Assembly: GCA_020346185.1 (NCBI GenBank)
Contig: CP070775.1
Coordinates: 918,297 to 982,296 of the forward strand
DNA length: 64,000 bases
Source: Betaproteobacteria bacterium
Lineage (GTDB): Bacteria; Pseudomonadota; Gammaproteobacteria; Burkholderiales; Eutrophovitaceae
Direction: 5' to 3'
Position numbers and translations under genes: made by a program. Each line of letters opens with the position of its first letter. Position 1 is the stretch's first letter. Under the pieces are notes generated by a model. That model saw only the letters and a program-made list of their open reading frames with translations, had not been told where the DNA came from and made no database searches. This document shows positions 38,944 through 48,127 of the stretch, one piece after another.

Positions 38944-40653
38944 ATGAGAGAGCATATCGAATCATTACCGGATCCAGTGATGATGATCGCCGAGAACGGC
39001 GAGATCATCGCTGCAAACTCATTGATTCAAGGTTTGCTCGGTTATTCCCCCGAAGAACTGCTTGCGAAGAAAGCAGACGAACTCGCACCCGGTAAATTGC
39101 AGAACGATTATGCGGCGTGGCGACTTCGCTGCTTCGAGATGACCCAAGAAGACGAGCTATCCGGCGTCTCACAGGTTCAAGAGACGGTCGCACTCACCAA
39201 AGGTGGTGCCGAGATCGCGCTCGAGGTCAGTCTCAAGCGATTCGATTCGGACGAAGCCGGTCCATGCCTGATCGCCTCGTTTCGAAAGGCTGCAAGCAAA
39301 AACAGCAACGCGCATTCAACAAAAACCGAAGGCCGCGATCCGTTGAACGAAATCACCGATCAGGTGCCTTTCATGGAGTCGGTGAGGCGAGCCGTAGACA
39401 ACGCCCAGGCTGAGGGCCGCTTCGTGGCGGTACTCATTATCGATACCGGCCAGCATCACAAAACCATCGATACGCTGGGACGCGACGCTGGCGACGACTA
39501 CCTTCGGGAAATAGTTGCGCGCATCTCGCGGATCAGCCGCAGGCAAGACACCATCGCACGTATGGCAGGCGATGAGTTTGCAGTCCTTATAGAAAATCTC
39601 AGCGACCCGGACGTGGCCAATAAACTTGCGGTCAGGATTCAGTCTTTCGTGAGCGCGCCGATCTATATCGGTGAACACAGTTTTGCACCGCGACCCACCG
39701 TCGGCGTCAGTGTGTTTCCAACCGATGCTCCGAGCGCGGCGGCGTTGCTGCGCAACGCTGGCATTGCGATGCATAACGCGAAGACTACGAACAGTGGCGG
39801 CATTTCGTTCTTCTCCGAAGAAATAGACGAGCGTGCCAAACAACGCCTGACCCTGGAAAGCGATCTTCGCTCAGCCATATTCAAGGATGAGTTCATTGTT
39901 CACTTCCAGCCGTTTTTTGAGTTTGACTCCGGCGATCTGTTCGGTGTGCAAAGCCTTTTGCGCTGGCAACATCCGAAGCTCGGGACCATCGAACTGCGCG
40001 ATTTCATGCGCATAGCCGAAGAGACCGGAATGGCGGCGCCACTGGGTGAAACCGCCATGTGGTTGACCTTCGAGGCGATACGCAAGTGGAAGGCAATGGG
40101 ACACTGGCCACTGCGCGTTGTTCACAGCCTGTCACCACAACAATTGGCCCGACGGGACTCCCTGCTCAGACAATTGCACGGGCTGTTACTCGACTCAAAG
40201 ATCGATCCACAGCATGTGCAGTTTGCCATTCAAGAGACGGATATGCCGATGGCGGAAGAGCAGATTACAGCGCTGCTGGAAGTATCGGAAATGGGTTTCG
40301 GGGTTTGCATTGACGAGTTTGGCATCGGCAAATCGGCACTTACCTATCTTTTCGACATGCCTGTGAACACGATCAAATTGGCTCCGGGCCTGTTGGCCAA
40401 ATCAATCGACGACGCACATAACCGATCGGTGCTTGCGGCAGCGGTGCAAATGGCGCACACGCTGAATATTGAGGTGATCGGGAGCGACATCGAGTCAGAC
40501 GCGCACCTCGAGGCAGCGAAGCGAGTCGGCTGTGATGCCGCTCAGGGCGACTGGCAGTGTCCAAGTCTGCGGTTTGACGAGCTGTGTAAAACAGCTTTTG
40601 GCGTTAATTGCACCAACCAGATCGAGCCTGCTCCCAACGATACGAGTACGTAG
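38944..40653 (+). CDS. PAS-GGDEF-EAL signalling protein with divergent active-site motifs
   Basis: 569-aa ORF with an N-terminal PAS domain (MMIAENGEIIAANSLIQGLLGYSPEELL). The GGDEF domain has RRQD I-site and AGDEF (RMAGDEFAVL). The EAL domain has QSL in place of EAL (VQSLLRWQHP) and DEFGIGKSAL. Confidence 0.85.
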   Translation: MREHIESLPDPVMMIAENGEIIAANSLIQGLLGYSPEELLAKKADELAPGKLQNDYAAWRLRCFEMTQEDELSGVSQVQETVALTKGGAEIALEVSLKRFDSDEAGPCLIASFRKAASKNSNAHSTKTEGRDPLNEITDQVPFMESVRRAVDNAQAEGRFVAVLIIDTGQHHKTIDTLGRDAGDDYLREIVARISRISRRQDTIARMAGDEFAVLIENLSDPDVANKLAVRIQSFVSAPIYIGEHSFAPRPTVGVSVFPTDAPSAAALLRNAGIAMHNAKTTNSGGISFFSEEIDERAKQRLTLESDLRSAIFKDEFIVHFQPFFEFDSGDLFGVQSLLRWQHPKLGTIELRDFMRIAEETGMAAPLGETAMWLTFEAIRKWKAMGHWPLRVVHSLSPQQLARRDSLLRQLHGLLLDSKIDPQHVQFAIQETDMPMAEEQITALLEVSEMGFGVCIDEFGIGKSALTYLFDMPVNTIKLAPGLLAKSIDDAHNRSVLAAAVQMAHTLNIEVIGSDIESDAHLEAAKRVGCDAAQGDWQCPSLRFDELCKTAFGVNCTNQIEPAPNDTST

Positions 40654-41356
40654 AAATTTCTCTCAGACACGCAAGGTCAGGCCCGAATAGGCTCACCGCT
40701 GGCTTATTCCCGGTGGAAATTGGAGAGCCAGGCCCTCTCCGTGCAAAGGTACGGGCTTGAACCCTAATGTAAACGGTAATTCCGCATCACGTCTGCGGTG
40801 TGCAAGCATGGCTGAAATCTCTCGGTGAGCAACGCGCTGACCAGCAATGGCTGGGACGCCCACTCGATTTTATCGATCAGTGGCGAAGATCTGGTGAAGT
40901 ATGAAAATCAAAGGCTTGCGACTGAACTGATATCGGCCGCCAACTGCCGTTTTTAGACCACCGCAAACGAATTCCGCCGCAAACACCGCTCTCACGCGGA
41001 AATGGCCTGGAATGCACCTTTGAAATCAAGCGGGCCATCCGTACGGCTCAAGACAAAACATTCCGACGCGCATATAAGCCACTGAAAGAAATGATTAATG
41101 TCAGTGACTGACCGATTCGGACCGGTAATGGCATCTGGCACGCCTGCCCAGTACCCTCTTTCGCGTAGCAAACGTGCCAAGCAAGCATGTCATGTCGCCT
41201 CGGACGTACCTGCAGCGTCTGAAAAATCGACTAGCACGGAGTTTGCTCTTGCCTACTGGAGATGTCGCCGGCAACCATAGGCGCACACAACCTCTTCGCA
41301 GTCGCTGCGCGGCACTCGAGGCAGCAAGGCCTGCACTACAAGAAGCGAGATCAAAC

Positions 41357-42055
41357 ATGGAAGTCAGTCACAACCTGAGTTTTTTGGTGTTAATCAGTAA
41401 CGCCAGCTTTTTGGTTCAATGCGTCATGGCAATTCTTCTCGCCATGTCGTTCATGTCGTGGTGGTACATCTTTCGGAAAATGTTCGCGTTACGCGAGACG
41501 GTTGAACAGACTGACAGTTTCGAGGCGGGTTTTCTTGCCACCTCCGATCTGCCAGCCCTGTACGATACAACCGTCAAATCGCAGGAACCTAGCGCCAGCC
41601 TGAGTCGCATTTTTGTTTCCGGGTTCCGAGAGTTTATCAAGCGAACCAAGAAAAGTGGAAAACCGCTGAGCACGGCGCAGTTGGACGGCACGCGACGCGC
41701 CATGCGCGCAACCTACCAGCGGGAGATGGACCGCCTGGAGAGCAACTTGTCTTTCCTGGCAACAGTCGGCTCCGTCAGCCCTTACATCGGTTTGTTTGGC
41801 ACGGTATGGGGCATCATGAATTCGTTTCGTGGTCTGGCCGATGCCGGTCAGGCGACGCTGGCCAGTGTCGCGCCTGGCATTGCAGAAGCGCTGGTCGCAA
41901 CCGCAATGGGCTTGTTCGCAGCAATACCGGCTGTCGTTAGTTTCAATCATTTCGTGCGTCACCTGGAACGGCTGTCGCGACGCTTCGAGAGTTTCATCGA
42001 AGAACTCTCCAACACACTGCAAACCGAGCCCGAAACGTTCGAGGAGGCAGCTTAA
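41357..42055 (+). CDS. tolQ: Tol-Pal system protein TolQ
   Basis: ORF 41174..42055 trimmed to ATG 41357. MotA/TolQ/ExbB motifs (LATVGSVSPYIGLFGTVWGIMNSF, VAPGIAEALVATAMGLFAAIPAV). Immediately followed by tolR. Confidence 0.93.
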   Translation: MEVSHNLSFLVLISNASFLVQCVMAILLAMSFMSWWYIFRKMFALRETVEQTDSFEAGFLATSDLPALYDTTVKSQEPSASLSRIFVSGFREFIKRTKKSGKPLSTAQLDGTRRAMRATYQREMDRLESNLSFLATVGSVSPYIGLFGTVWGIMNSFRGLADAGQATLASVAPGIAEALVATAMGLFAAIPAVVSFNHFVRHLERLSRRFESFIEELSNTLQTEPETFEEAA

Positions 42056-42472
42056 ATGGCGATACGCCGCCGGCCACGACTAGTAAACCAGATCAACGTC
42101 GTGCCTTACATCGATGTCATGTTGGTCCTGTTAGTGATATTCATGGTGACCGCACCGATGATCACGCCCGGTACCGTCAACCTGCCTTCGGTTGGAAACG
42201 TAAACAATCCGCCGGCCGAACCAATCGAAGTACAGATCGCAGCCAATGGATCGATCTCAGTAATTGATCACGACCTATCAGGCTACGCGCGCGCGGTCAG
42301 TCGCAAAGAACTGGCAGAAGTAATCCGTGCCAAACAAAGAGACAAGCCACAGCAGGCGGTCATTATTACCGCGGACAAGGAAATCAAGTACGACCTGGTG
42401 CTGAAAACCATGGATATGCTTATCCAGACCGGGGTCGAAAACGTCGGCCTGCTTGCGCTCCCAAAAACCTGA
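42056..42472 (+). CDS. tolR: Tol-Pal system protein TolR (ExbD family)
   Basis: 138-aa ORF starting 1 nt after the tolQ stop. Motif INVVPYIDVMLVLLVIFMVTAP. Confidence 0.93.
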   Translation: MAIRRRPRLVNQINVVPYIDVMLVLLVIFMVTAPMITPGTVNLPSVGNVNNPPAEPIEVQIAANGSISVIDHDLSGYARAVSRKELAEVIRAKQRDKPQQAVIITADKEIKYDLVLKTMDMLIQTGVENVGLLALPKT

Positions 42473-42509
42473 TCGGACCAAGCCTACGAAACGAACCATC
42501 GCAAGCTCA

Positions 42510-43721
42510 ATGAACACGCTACAGCTAGATGCCGGTCGATTCATTGCAGACATGCCCGAGCCCAGGCCGATCACGGCCGCTGTTCTCACTGTCGCAGTAC
42601 ACGCCGGGTTTGCCACGATACTGGTTCTGACCATGAGCTGGCAGGAGCGAATTGAACCGTTTGCCCATGTCAAGTTGTGGCAGTCGATGCCAACGACGAC
42701 CAAGACCCGAAAGACAGGCCAACCTAGACCAGAACCCCCGCCGCCCAAAGTCGTACCCTCCGATCCGCCTCAGCCGGTGCCAGTGCAGGTGCAGACCGAG
42801 CCCGCAGCGCCGCCGGCACAACCGGACATTGCAGCGCCGCCGGCACAACCGGACTTTGCAGCGCCACCGGCAACAACGCTGCCGCCTCAGCAAGCAGATC
42901 TTGCGGCGCCTGAGCGAGAGACGATCGAGCGAACGGCCCCGGATCCGGTTGATGCCGCCTCCATCGAGCCACCTCCAGTCGCTCTCGAAACGACGACGCT
43001 TGAAATGATGGACCGAACAGCACCGACTGCGATTAATAATGCCTCCGTCGAGCCACCTCCGGTCGATCTTTCGGTGCCGAAGCGCAACATGGCCGATAAG
43101 CCGATTCCGGATCCGACCAGCAGCGTTGCCGTTGAGCCACCGCCAAGGGTGGTCGAGACACCGCTTGAAGAGCACTCAGCACCGCAGCCCGAACTCGACG
43201 TCGAGACAATGAAACGAGAGCGTGCATTGGCGCTGGCACAGTTGCTGCGCGAAGAAGAGACGATACGGCTCGACAATCGCCTGAAACAGGAACGCGAAGC
43301 TCGCACTGCCGAGCAAAAGCAACGCCTTGAGGAACGAGAGCAGAAGCTGGCACAAGAACTCAGCGAGATTCGCACCGCCACTGAGCAGCGGCGAGACGAA
43401 AGGCGGGCTGTGGAGGAAAAGGGGGCGGCAACCCGAGCGATGACAGAGGACTATCGTGCCCGCATCAGCGCGAGAATTCGCCAGCGAGTCATACTGCCTC
43501 CGGACCTGCAGGGCAATCCGGAAGCGATTTACACGGTGGCTTTGCTGCCCGGCGGCACCGTCACTGAAATCCGCTTAGTGAAAACGAGCGGCGTGGCGAC
43601 TTATGACGCCGCTATCGAGCGCGCCATCTTTGCCGCACAGCCGCTGCCCGTCCCTGAGGACCCGCGATTCTTCCAGGCCAACTTCAAGAATCTTCGATTG
43701 AACTTTCGCCCGAAAGAGTGA
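42510..43721 (+). CDS. tolA: Tol-Pal system protein TolA
   Basis: ORF 42453..43721 trimmed to ATG 42510. N-terminal TM helix, Pro-rich repeats, a Glu/Arg/Lys-rich helical domain, and a TolA/TonB-type C-terminal domain (VALLPGGTVTEIRLVKTSGVATYDAAIERAI). Confidence 0.9.
   Translation: MNTLQLDAGRFIADMPEPRPITAAVLTVAVHAGFATILVLTMSWQERIEPFAHVKLWQSMPTTTKTRKTGQPRPEPPPPKVVPSDPPQPVPVQVQTEPAAPPAQPDIAAPPAQPDFAAPPATTLPPQQADLAAPERETIERTAPDPVDAASIEPPPVALETTTLEMMDRTAPTAINNASVEPPPVDLSVPKRNMADKPIPDPTSSVAVEPPPRVVETPLEEHSAPQPELDVETMKRERALALAQLLREEETIRLDNRLKQEREARTAEQKQRLEEREQKLAQELSEIRTATEQRRDERRAVEEKGAATRAMTEDYRARISARIRQRVILPPDLQGNPEAIYTVALLPGGTVTEIRLVKTSGVATYDAAIERAIFAAQPLPVPEDPRFFQANFKNLRLNFRPKE
42804..42872 (+). 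repeat. 27-bp in-frame tandem repeat (AAPPAQPD[I/F]) inside tolA
   Basis: GCAGCGCCGCCGGCACAACCGGACATT at 42804-42830 is repeated at 42831-42857 with one substitution. A partial third copy follows. Confidence 0.9.
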
Positions 43722-45034
43722 AACTCATGACATTTGCTAAACGTAATCTGCTCGCTTTAATCATCTTTCTTGTGGCCACGATCCCGAGGCCAACGCCCGC
43801 CCAGGTCAGCGTTGAAGTGGTCGGTGGAGAGGGCAGCCGCATCTCGATCGCCGTGCTCTCCTTTCACGGTGACGAAACAGTGGATGAAGAGCAACGTATT
43901 GGCCAGATCATTTCAGCAGATCTGATGCGCAGCAGTGCCATAAGAGTGGTCGAGGCATCCGGACTGGGTGCCGGCTTCAACGACCAGGTTGACTACGACT
44001 ACTTTTCATCGGCGGGCACTGACATGGTCGTGATCGGCAATGTATCCGAGCGTGACGGCAAGATTGAAGCGCAATATGCCCTGGTTGACGTCGCCAGACG
44101 CAAGCGGTTAGTCGAAGAAGCCGTAACCGAGGACAAGCCCGCGTCCAGAATGCTAGCCCACCGAATCGCTGACAGAGTCCATCTGCTTGTGTCCGGTTAT
44201 TCAGGCGCCTACGCGACCAAGATCTGTTACGTGGCCCGCGACGGGCATAGTTCAAAGATTTTCATATCCGACGCCGACGGTTACAACCGGCAGCTCGTGT
44301 ACGCGACCGATTCGCCGATCATGTCACCACAGTGGTCACCAGATGGCACCCGCCTCGCCTACGTGTCCTTCGAGCGCCAAAGGCCCAGGATCTATGTGCA
44401 CAACATCGCAAGTGGATCGCGCGAAGTTGTCTCCAAGTTCCGCGGCACCAATTCCGCACCAGCTTGGTCTCCCGACGGAAAGAAACTCGCCGTCACCCTA
44501 TCGAAAGATGGCGGGTCACAAATTTACCTCATTGACGCCGACGGTGGCAATGCGAAGCGGCTCAGCGATAGCCGCTCGCGTGATACCGAGCCCAGCTTCT
44601 CGCCGGACGGGCGTCATATTCTGTTCACATCGGATCGCGGCGGAAGCCCGCAGATTTACCGCATTCCCGTCGATGTCCGCGGCCGCGCGCAACGTGTCAC
44701 TTTTGACGGCCGATACAACACTTCGCCGAAGTACGCTGCAGACGGCCAATGGTTTGCTTATGTGCGGATGGAGAACGGTCGGTTCAGTATTGCTGCACAA
44801 AATATGGCGAATGGCGAGATCAGATATCTGACCTCCGGCCGCGATGACCGGTCGCCAGCGTTTTCACCGAACGGGAAAGCAATCCTCTACGCGACGGAGG
44901 TGAAGGGACGCGGAGCTTTGGGAGCAATTTCTATCGACGGTAGCACGCGATGGGGAATCGCAACTTATTCGCACGACATCCGGGGTGTCGCCTGGGGACC
45001 TTACGAATCGCACCGAGTGGAGGCATCACAATGA
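43718..45034 (+). CDS. tolB: Tol-Pal system beta-propeller protein TolB
   Basis: 438-aa ORF. GTG 43718 overlaps the tolA stop (alternative ATG 43727). Signal peptide and repeated WSPDG/FSPDG propeller motifs. Confidence 0.93.
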   Translation: MKLMTFAKRNLLALIIFLVATIPRPTPAQVSVEVVGGEGSRISIAVLSFHGDETVDEEQRIGQIISADLMRSSAIRVVEASGLGAGFNDQVDYDYFSSAGTDMVVIGNVSERDGKIEAQYALVDVARRKRLVEEAVTEDKPASRMLAHRIADRVHLLVSGYSGAYATKICYVARDGHSSKIFISDADGYNRQLVYATDSPIMSPQWSPDGTRLAYVSFERQRPRIYVHNIASGSREVVSKFRGTNSAPAWSPDGKKLAVTLSKDGGSQIYLIDADGGNAKRLSDSRSRDTEPSFSPDGRHILFTSDRGGSPQIYRIPVDVRGRAQRVTFDGRYNTSPKYAADGQWFAYVRMENGRFSIAAQNMANGEIRYLTSGRDDRSPAFSPNGKAILYATEVKGRGALGAISIDGSTRWGIATYSHDIRGVAWGPYESHRVEASQ

Positions 45035-45972
45035 AACGTTTACTTTTTTTGGGCGCGGTCATTTTCCTTACCGCCTGCTCCAGCATGAGCGGGGACAAGA
45101 GCGCACTGCGCAGCGACGAGCTTGCCGCTCAGGAAGCGGCCCGCCAGGAAGAGAAGCGCCGCCAAGATGAAGCACGTCAGGAAGAGCTGCGTCGCCAGCA
45201 AGAAGCCCGAAGGCTGGAAGAGGAAGCTCGCCGGCAGGAAAAGGCGAGATTAGAGGAAGAGCAATGGCGCGAAATAGAACGAGTCGCCGCCGAACAGCGG
45301 CGCCAGGAACAGTCGCGTCTGGAAGAGGAGGCACAGCGCCAAGAAGAGGCCAGCCGACAAGAAGAAGCCCGGCGGCAGGAAGAGGCGAGACTAGAGGAAG
45401 AGCAGAGGCGCGAAGCAGAAAGAATCGCTGCCGAACAGCGGCGCCAGGAACAGTTGCGTCTGGAAGAGGAGGCACGACGCCAAGAAGAGGCGCGCCGGCA
45501 AGAAGAACTGCGTCGCCAGGAAGAACTCAAGCAAATGGAAGCCCTGCGTGAGCATCGTCTGGAGGACGACGACGACCCCAGCCTCGTCGGTCTGGTAACG
45601 GAGGACCAATTGCGTGACGCCGATCCGATCCTCCTCGAGCAATCGATCTACTTCGATTTCGACCGCTATGACATCGCACCAGAGTATGCGACGCTCATCG
45701 CAGCACATGCGCGCTTCCTGATCGCGAATCCGACTGTCAAGATCTTCGTTGAGGGAAACTGCGACGATAGAGGCAGTCCTGAATACAACATTACGCTCGG
45801 ACAACGCCGTTCCGACGCAATCCAACGCGCTCTGCTTTCCCTCGGCGTGCCAACACGCCAAATCGAAGCAGTGAGCTACGGCGCCGAGCGTCCGGCTGCA
45901 TACGGTGCAAACGAGGAAGCGTGGTCAAGGAACCGTCGAGCCGATATCGCCTACCCAATGTTCAATTACTGA
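45031..45972 (+). CDS. pal: Peptidoglycan-associated lipoprotein Pal with a long Glu/Arg/Gln-rich insertion
   Basis: ORF 44950..45972 trimmed to ATG 45031, which overlaps the tolB stop (ATGA). Lipobox FLTAC. C-terminal OmpA-like domain (IYFDFDRYDI...VEGNCDDRGSPEYNITLGQRRSDA...NRRADI). 313 aa in total, against ~170 aa typical for Pal. Confidence 0.9.
   Translation: MKRLLFLGAVIFLTACSSMSGDKSALRSDELAAQEAARQEEKRRQDEARQEELRRQQEARRLEEEARRQEKARLEEEQWREIERVAAEQRRQEQSRLEEEAQRQEEASRQEEARRQEEARLEEEQRREAERIAAEQRRQEQLRLEEEARRQEEARRQEELRRQEELKQMEALREHRLEDDDDPSLVGLVTEDQLRDADPILLEQSIYFDFDRYDIAPEYATLIAAHARFLIANPTVKIFVEGNCDDRGSPEYNITLGQRRSDAIQRALLSLGVPTRQIEAVSYGAERPAAYGANEEAWSRNRRADIAYPMFNY
45246..45527 (+). 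repeat. Two copies of a 141-bp (47-codon) tandem repeat within pal
   Basis: The unit starting GAGATTAGAGGAAGAGCA at 45246 recurs as GAGACTAGAGGAAGAGCA at 45387. Hand alignment shows most positions identical (LEEEQWREIERVAAEQRRQEQSRLEEEAQRQEEA... versus LEEEQRREAERIAAEQRRQEQLRLEEEARRQEEA...). Confidence 0.85.
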
Positions 45973-46063
45973 AGACATACGACGGGCTTGAACGGTGAGC
46001 CGGTGGACTTGACAGGAGATGGTCAATACCGGCCGACCAGAAGCCAAACATGGGGTCAGATAA

Positions 46064-46852
46064 ATGAACTCATCAAACCTCGAGTTACGGCATGCTTTCA
46101 GACTCGCCGCATTGCTGTTTGGACTCGTCGCGGCACCGTGCCAGGCTCAAGACGTGCCGGCACTCTCTGACGATACGAACGCCTATCAGCTACTGCAGTT
46201 GCTCAATCAAAACGAGGCTCTATCGGCTGAAATCTCTAATTTACGCGGTCAAATCGAAGAACTACTTGAAGGCACAAGGCGTGCTCGTCAAAGCCAGCAA
46301 GAAATCGCCGTGGACTTCGACGCTCGAATCGCCACCCTCGAGGCGAAACCGGAAGTCGACACCAACGAGGACAAGACGAGAATTGCCACACTGGAAAGCA
46401 GGGTGCAACAGCTCGAGGATGCCTTGACCGCAATGCACGAGGTGGTAACAACGGCAATGCAGGCAACCGTGGAGGCGAGCACTACAGAGACGATTTACGA
46501 AGCGGCATTAGAGAAATATCGAGCCGGAGAGTATGAGCACGCGGTCCTCGATTTCCAAGCATTCCTGCAACTTCATGGCGACGACCCCTTGTCTCAAAAC
46601 GCCCGCTACTGGCTAGCCGAAGCGTTGCTTCGCCAGGGTTCCTATGACAACGCAATCGAGACTGGCGTGTTACTGCTGATAGATCATCCTGACAGCCAAA
46701 AGGCCCCGGATACCATGTTTTTGCTCGGTAAAGCGTATCTCGAGAAGGGTGACGCGTCAGGCGCCCGCGGTGCATGGGAGGATCTGGTCGCCACTTACCC
46801 AAGCAGCAACCCAGCCACCAAGGCGCAAGCGCTGCTCGACCAGCTGCCCTGA
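46064..46852 (+). CDS. cpoB: Tol-Pal system protein CpoB (YbgF)
   Basis: 262-aa ORF. Signal peptide (LAALLFGLVAAPCQA), N-terminal coiled coil, and C-terminal TPR repeats (YEAALEKYRAGEYEHAVLDFQAFLQLH...). Last gene of the tol-pal cluster. Confidence 0.88.
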   Translation: MNSSNLELRHAFRLAALLFGLVAAPCQAQDVPALSDDTNAYQLLQLLNQNEALSAEISNLRGQIEELLEGTRRARQSQQEIAVDFDARIATLEAKPEVDTNEDKTRIATLESRVQQLEDALTAMHEVVTTAMQATVEASTTETIYEAALEKYRAGEYEHAVLDFQAFLQLHGDDPLSQNARYWLAEALLRQGSYDNAIETGVLLLIDHPDSQKAPDTMFLLGKAYLEKGDASGARGAWEDLVATYPSSNPATKAQALLDQLP

Positions 46853-46952
46853 CGACGCCTTGTTGTTGTCACCTGGTCAGGGCTTGCGGTGTTCCGTCCC
46901 GAGCACCATGAGTGCTTGATCGATGCCAACCTCAGATCGGTGAGTCATATTA

Positions 46953-46983
46953 CTGGCTTCGAGTAGCCAGACCCTTCTTTTTT
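46953..46983 (+). terminator. Possible terminator after the tol-pal cluster
   Basis: CTGGCT-tcgagt-AGCCAG 6-bp stem, then ACCCTTC and T6. The T-run does not abut the stem, so this is weak. Confidence 0.35.
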
Positions 46984-47016
46984 CAATCGCGCTTCCGCAA
47001 TCTGCAATTCAATTGC

Positions 47017-47430
47017 TCAGTCAGTTTGCCAACGACTGACCTTCTCATCGAGCAGCGATTCGAGCGCTTCACGAACCTCGGTCTCCGACGGCACCGTACC
47101 CCAAAGTACGGCGGAACGAATCGAGGCCCAGTAGTGGCGTCGTGTTTCAACCTCGGTCACGCGGCGCTGCAGCTGAATTTCGGTAAGATAGAGAAACCAA
47201 CTTCCTGGACCAATATGCCTGGAGGCCACGCGCGCGTACAAGCGATATTTTCCGCCATCTTCGAGGTCCTCGACATTGGTGATCTCCCCATCCAAATTTT
47301 GTTCGATAATTTCAAGGACGCGCTGCTCGCTTAGCAGCGGACCTTCCACCTGCGTGCCAATACTGATCGCAAACACAGATTGAACCGATAGCAGCACGCC
47401 CGCCAGACATACGATCCCCAGATTCTTCAT
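47017..47430 (-). CDS. Hypothetical exported protein
   Basis: 137-aa ORF with signal peptide MKNLGIVCLAGVLLSVQSVFA and an acidic mature part. I recognise no family. Confidence 0.55.
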   Translation of the reverse strand: MKNLGIVCLAGVLLSVQSVFAISIGTQVEGPLLSEQRVLEIIEQNLDGEITNVEDLEDGGKYRLYARVASRHIGPGSWFLYLTEIQLQRRVTEVETRRHYWASIRSAVLWGTVPSETEVREALESLLDEKVSRWQTD

Positions 47431-47536
47431 CAGATTTCTCCACGTGGAAAAGATGGCGCCCTAAATACGCCAATGGGCGAATCATGCATCAGCAGCACCC
47501 AACGTGTCCAAACGCTACGCTGGCTCGGCCGCGCGA

Positions 47537-48127
47537 CTAACGATAGAACACATGCCGGCCAATTTTGGCTATCGGCTTCTTTCCGCGTGACCAACTGGGC
47601 CGAATATGCTGCGCATGATAATGCACCGCGCCTTGCAACATCGGCTCACCGCGCCTTTCGATGGCGGCTTCAGCGACCTCGACGGCGCGATGCCACGCTT
47701 CGCCCTCAGGCTCAGGGACGCTGTCGAATTCCGTCCAGGAAAACGCGCCTACATATCGCTTTCGAAGGTAGTCCCAACGTTTCTGGTGCACCACGTTACA
47801 GATCGAATTGGGGTAACGGGAGTCAAGCACCCGGTTCATGGTCACTCCTGCAACTCCGTGCTGCCCGTCGATGGGCTCGCCTCGCGCTTCGTAATAGACG
47901 TTCATCGCAAGGCAGGTCAACTCACGACGATTAATCTCACGTTTCATCATCGCATGCATGAAAGTCCCAAACAAGGCCAGAACGACCACTACGCCCCCAG
48001 CAACGTACCATGGTGCATGCTCACTGGTTCTCCAGATAAACAGGGCGTCGGTCCACCATCTGCTAATGAATGAACTGCGGGAACACCGCCTTCCAATTCG
48101 AAATCGTTTTTTCGGCATCAACAGCAA
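47537..48127 (-). CDS. Cell wall hydrolase, SleB/Hydrolase_2 family, membrane-anchored
   Basis: 196-aa ORF with one TM helix (YVAGGVVVVLALFGTF). Motifs LAMNVYYEARGE, VAGVTMNRV and YHAQHIRPSW. Confidence 0.8.
   Translation of the reverse strand: MLLMPKKRFRIGRRCSRSSFISRWWTDALFIWRTSEHAPWYVAGGVVVVLALFGTFMHAMMKREINRRELTCLAMNVYYEARGEPIDGQHGVAGVTMNRVLDSRYPNSICNVVHQKRWDYLRKRYVGAFSWTEFDSVPEPEGEAWHRAVEVAEAAIERRGEPMLQGAVHYHAQHIRPSWSRGKKPIAKIGRHVFYR

Noticed and set aside
40992-41180. 62-aa minus-strand ORF upstream of tolQ with a faint peptidoglycan-binding-domain-like pattern (RGYWAGVPDAITGP...FFQWL).
   Set aside because: It is too short and degenerate, there is no start context, and it overlaps other equally weak ORFs.
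42525-43175. 216-aa minus-strand ORF within tolA, and 117-135-aa minus-strand ORFs within pal (45068..45530).
   Set aside because: These are artefacts of low-complexity repeat DNA, with translations that are runs of R/C/L or S/R/C. The sense frames encode the expected TolA and Pal domains.
45112-45590. Repetitive DNA in pal (and 42804-42872 in tolA) considered as a possible CRISPR-like or satellite array.
   Set aside because: The repeats are contiguous, in frame and without unique spacers, and they lie inside clearly coding genes. No cas genes are present in the window.
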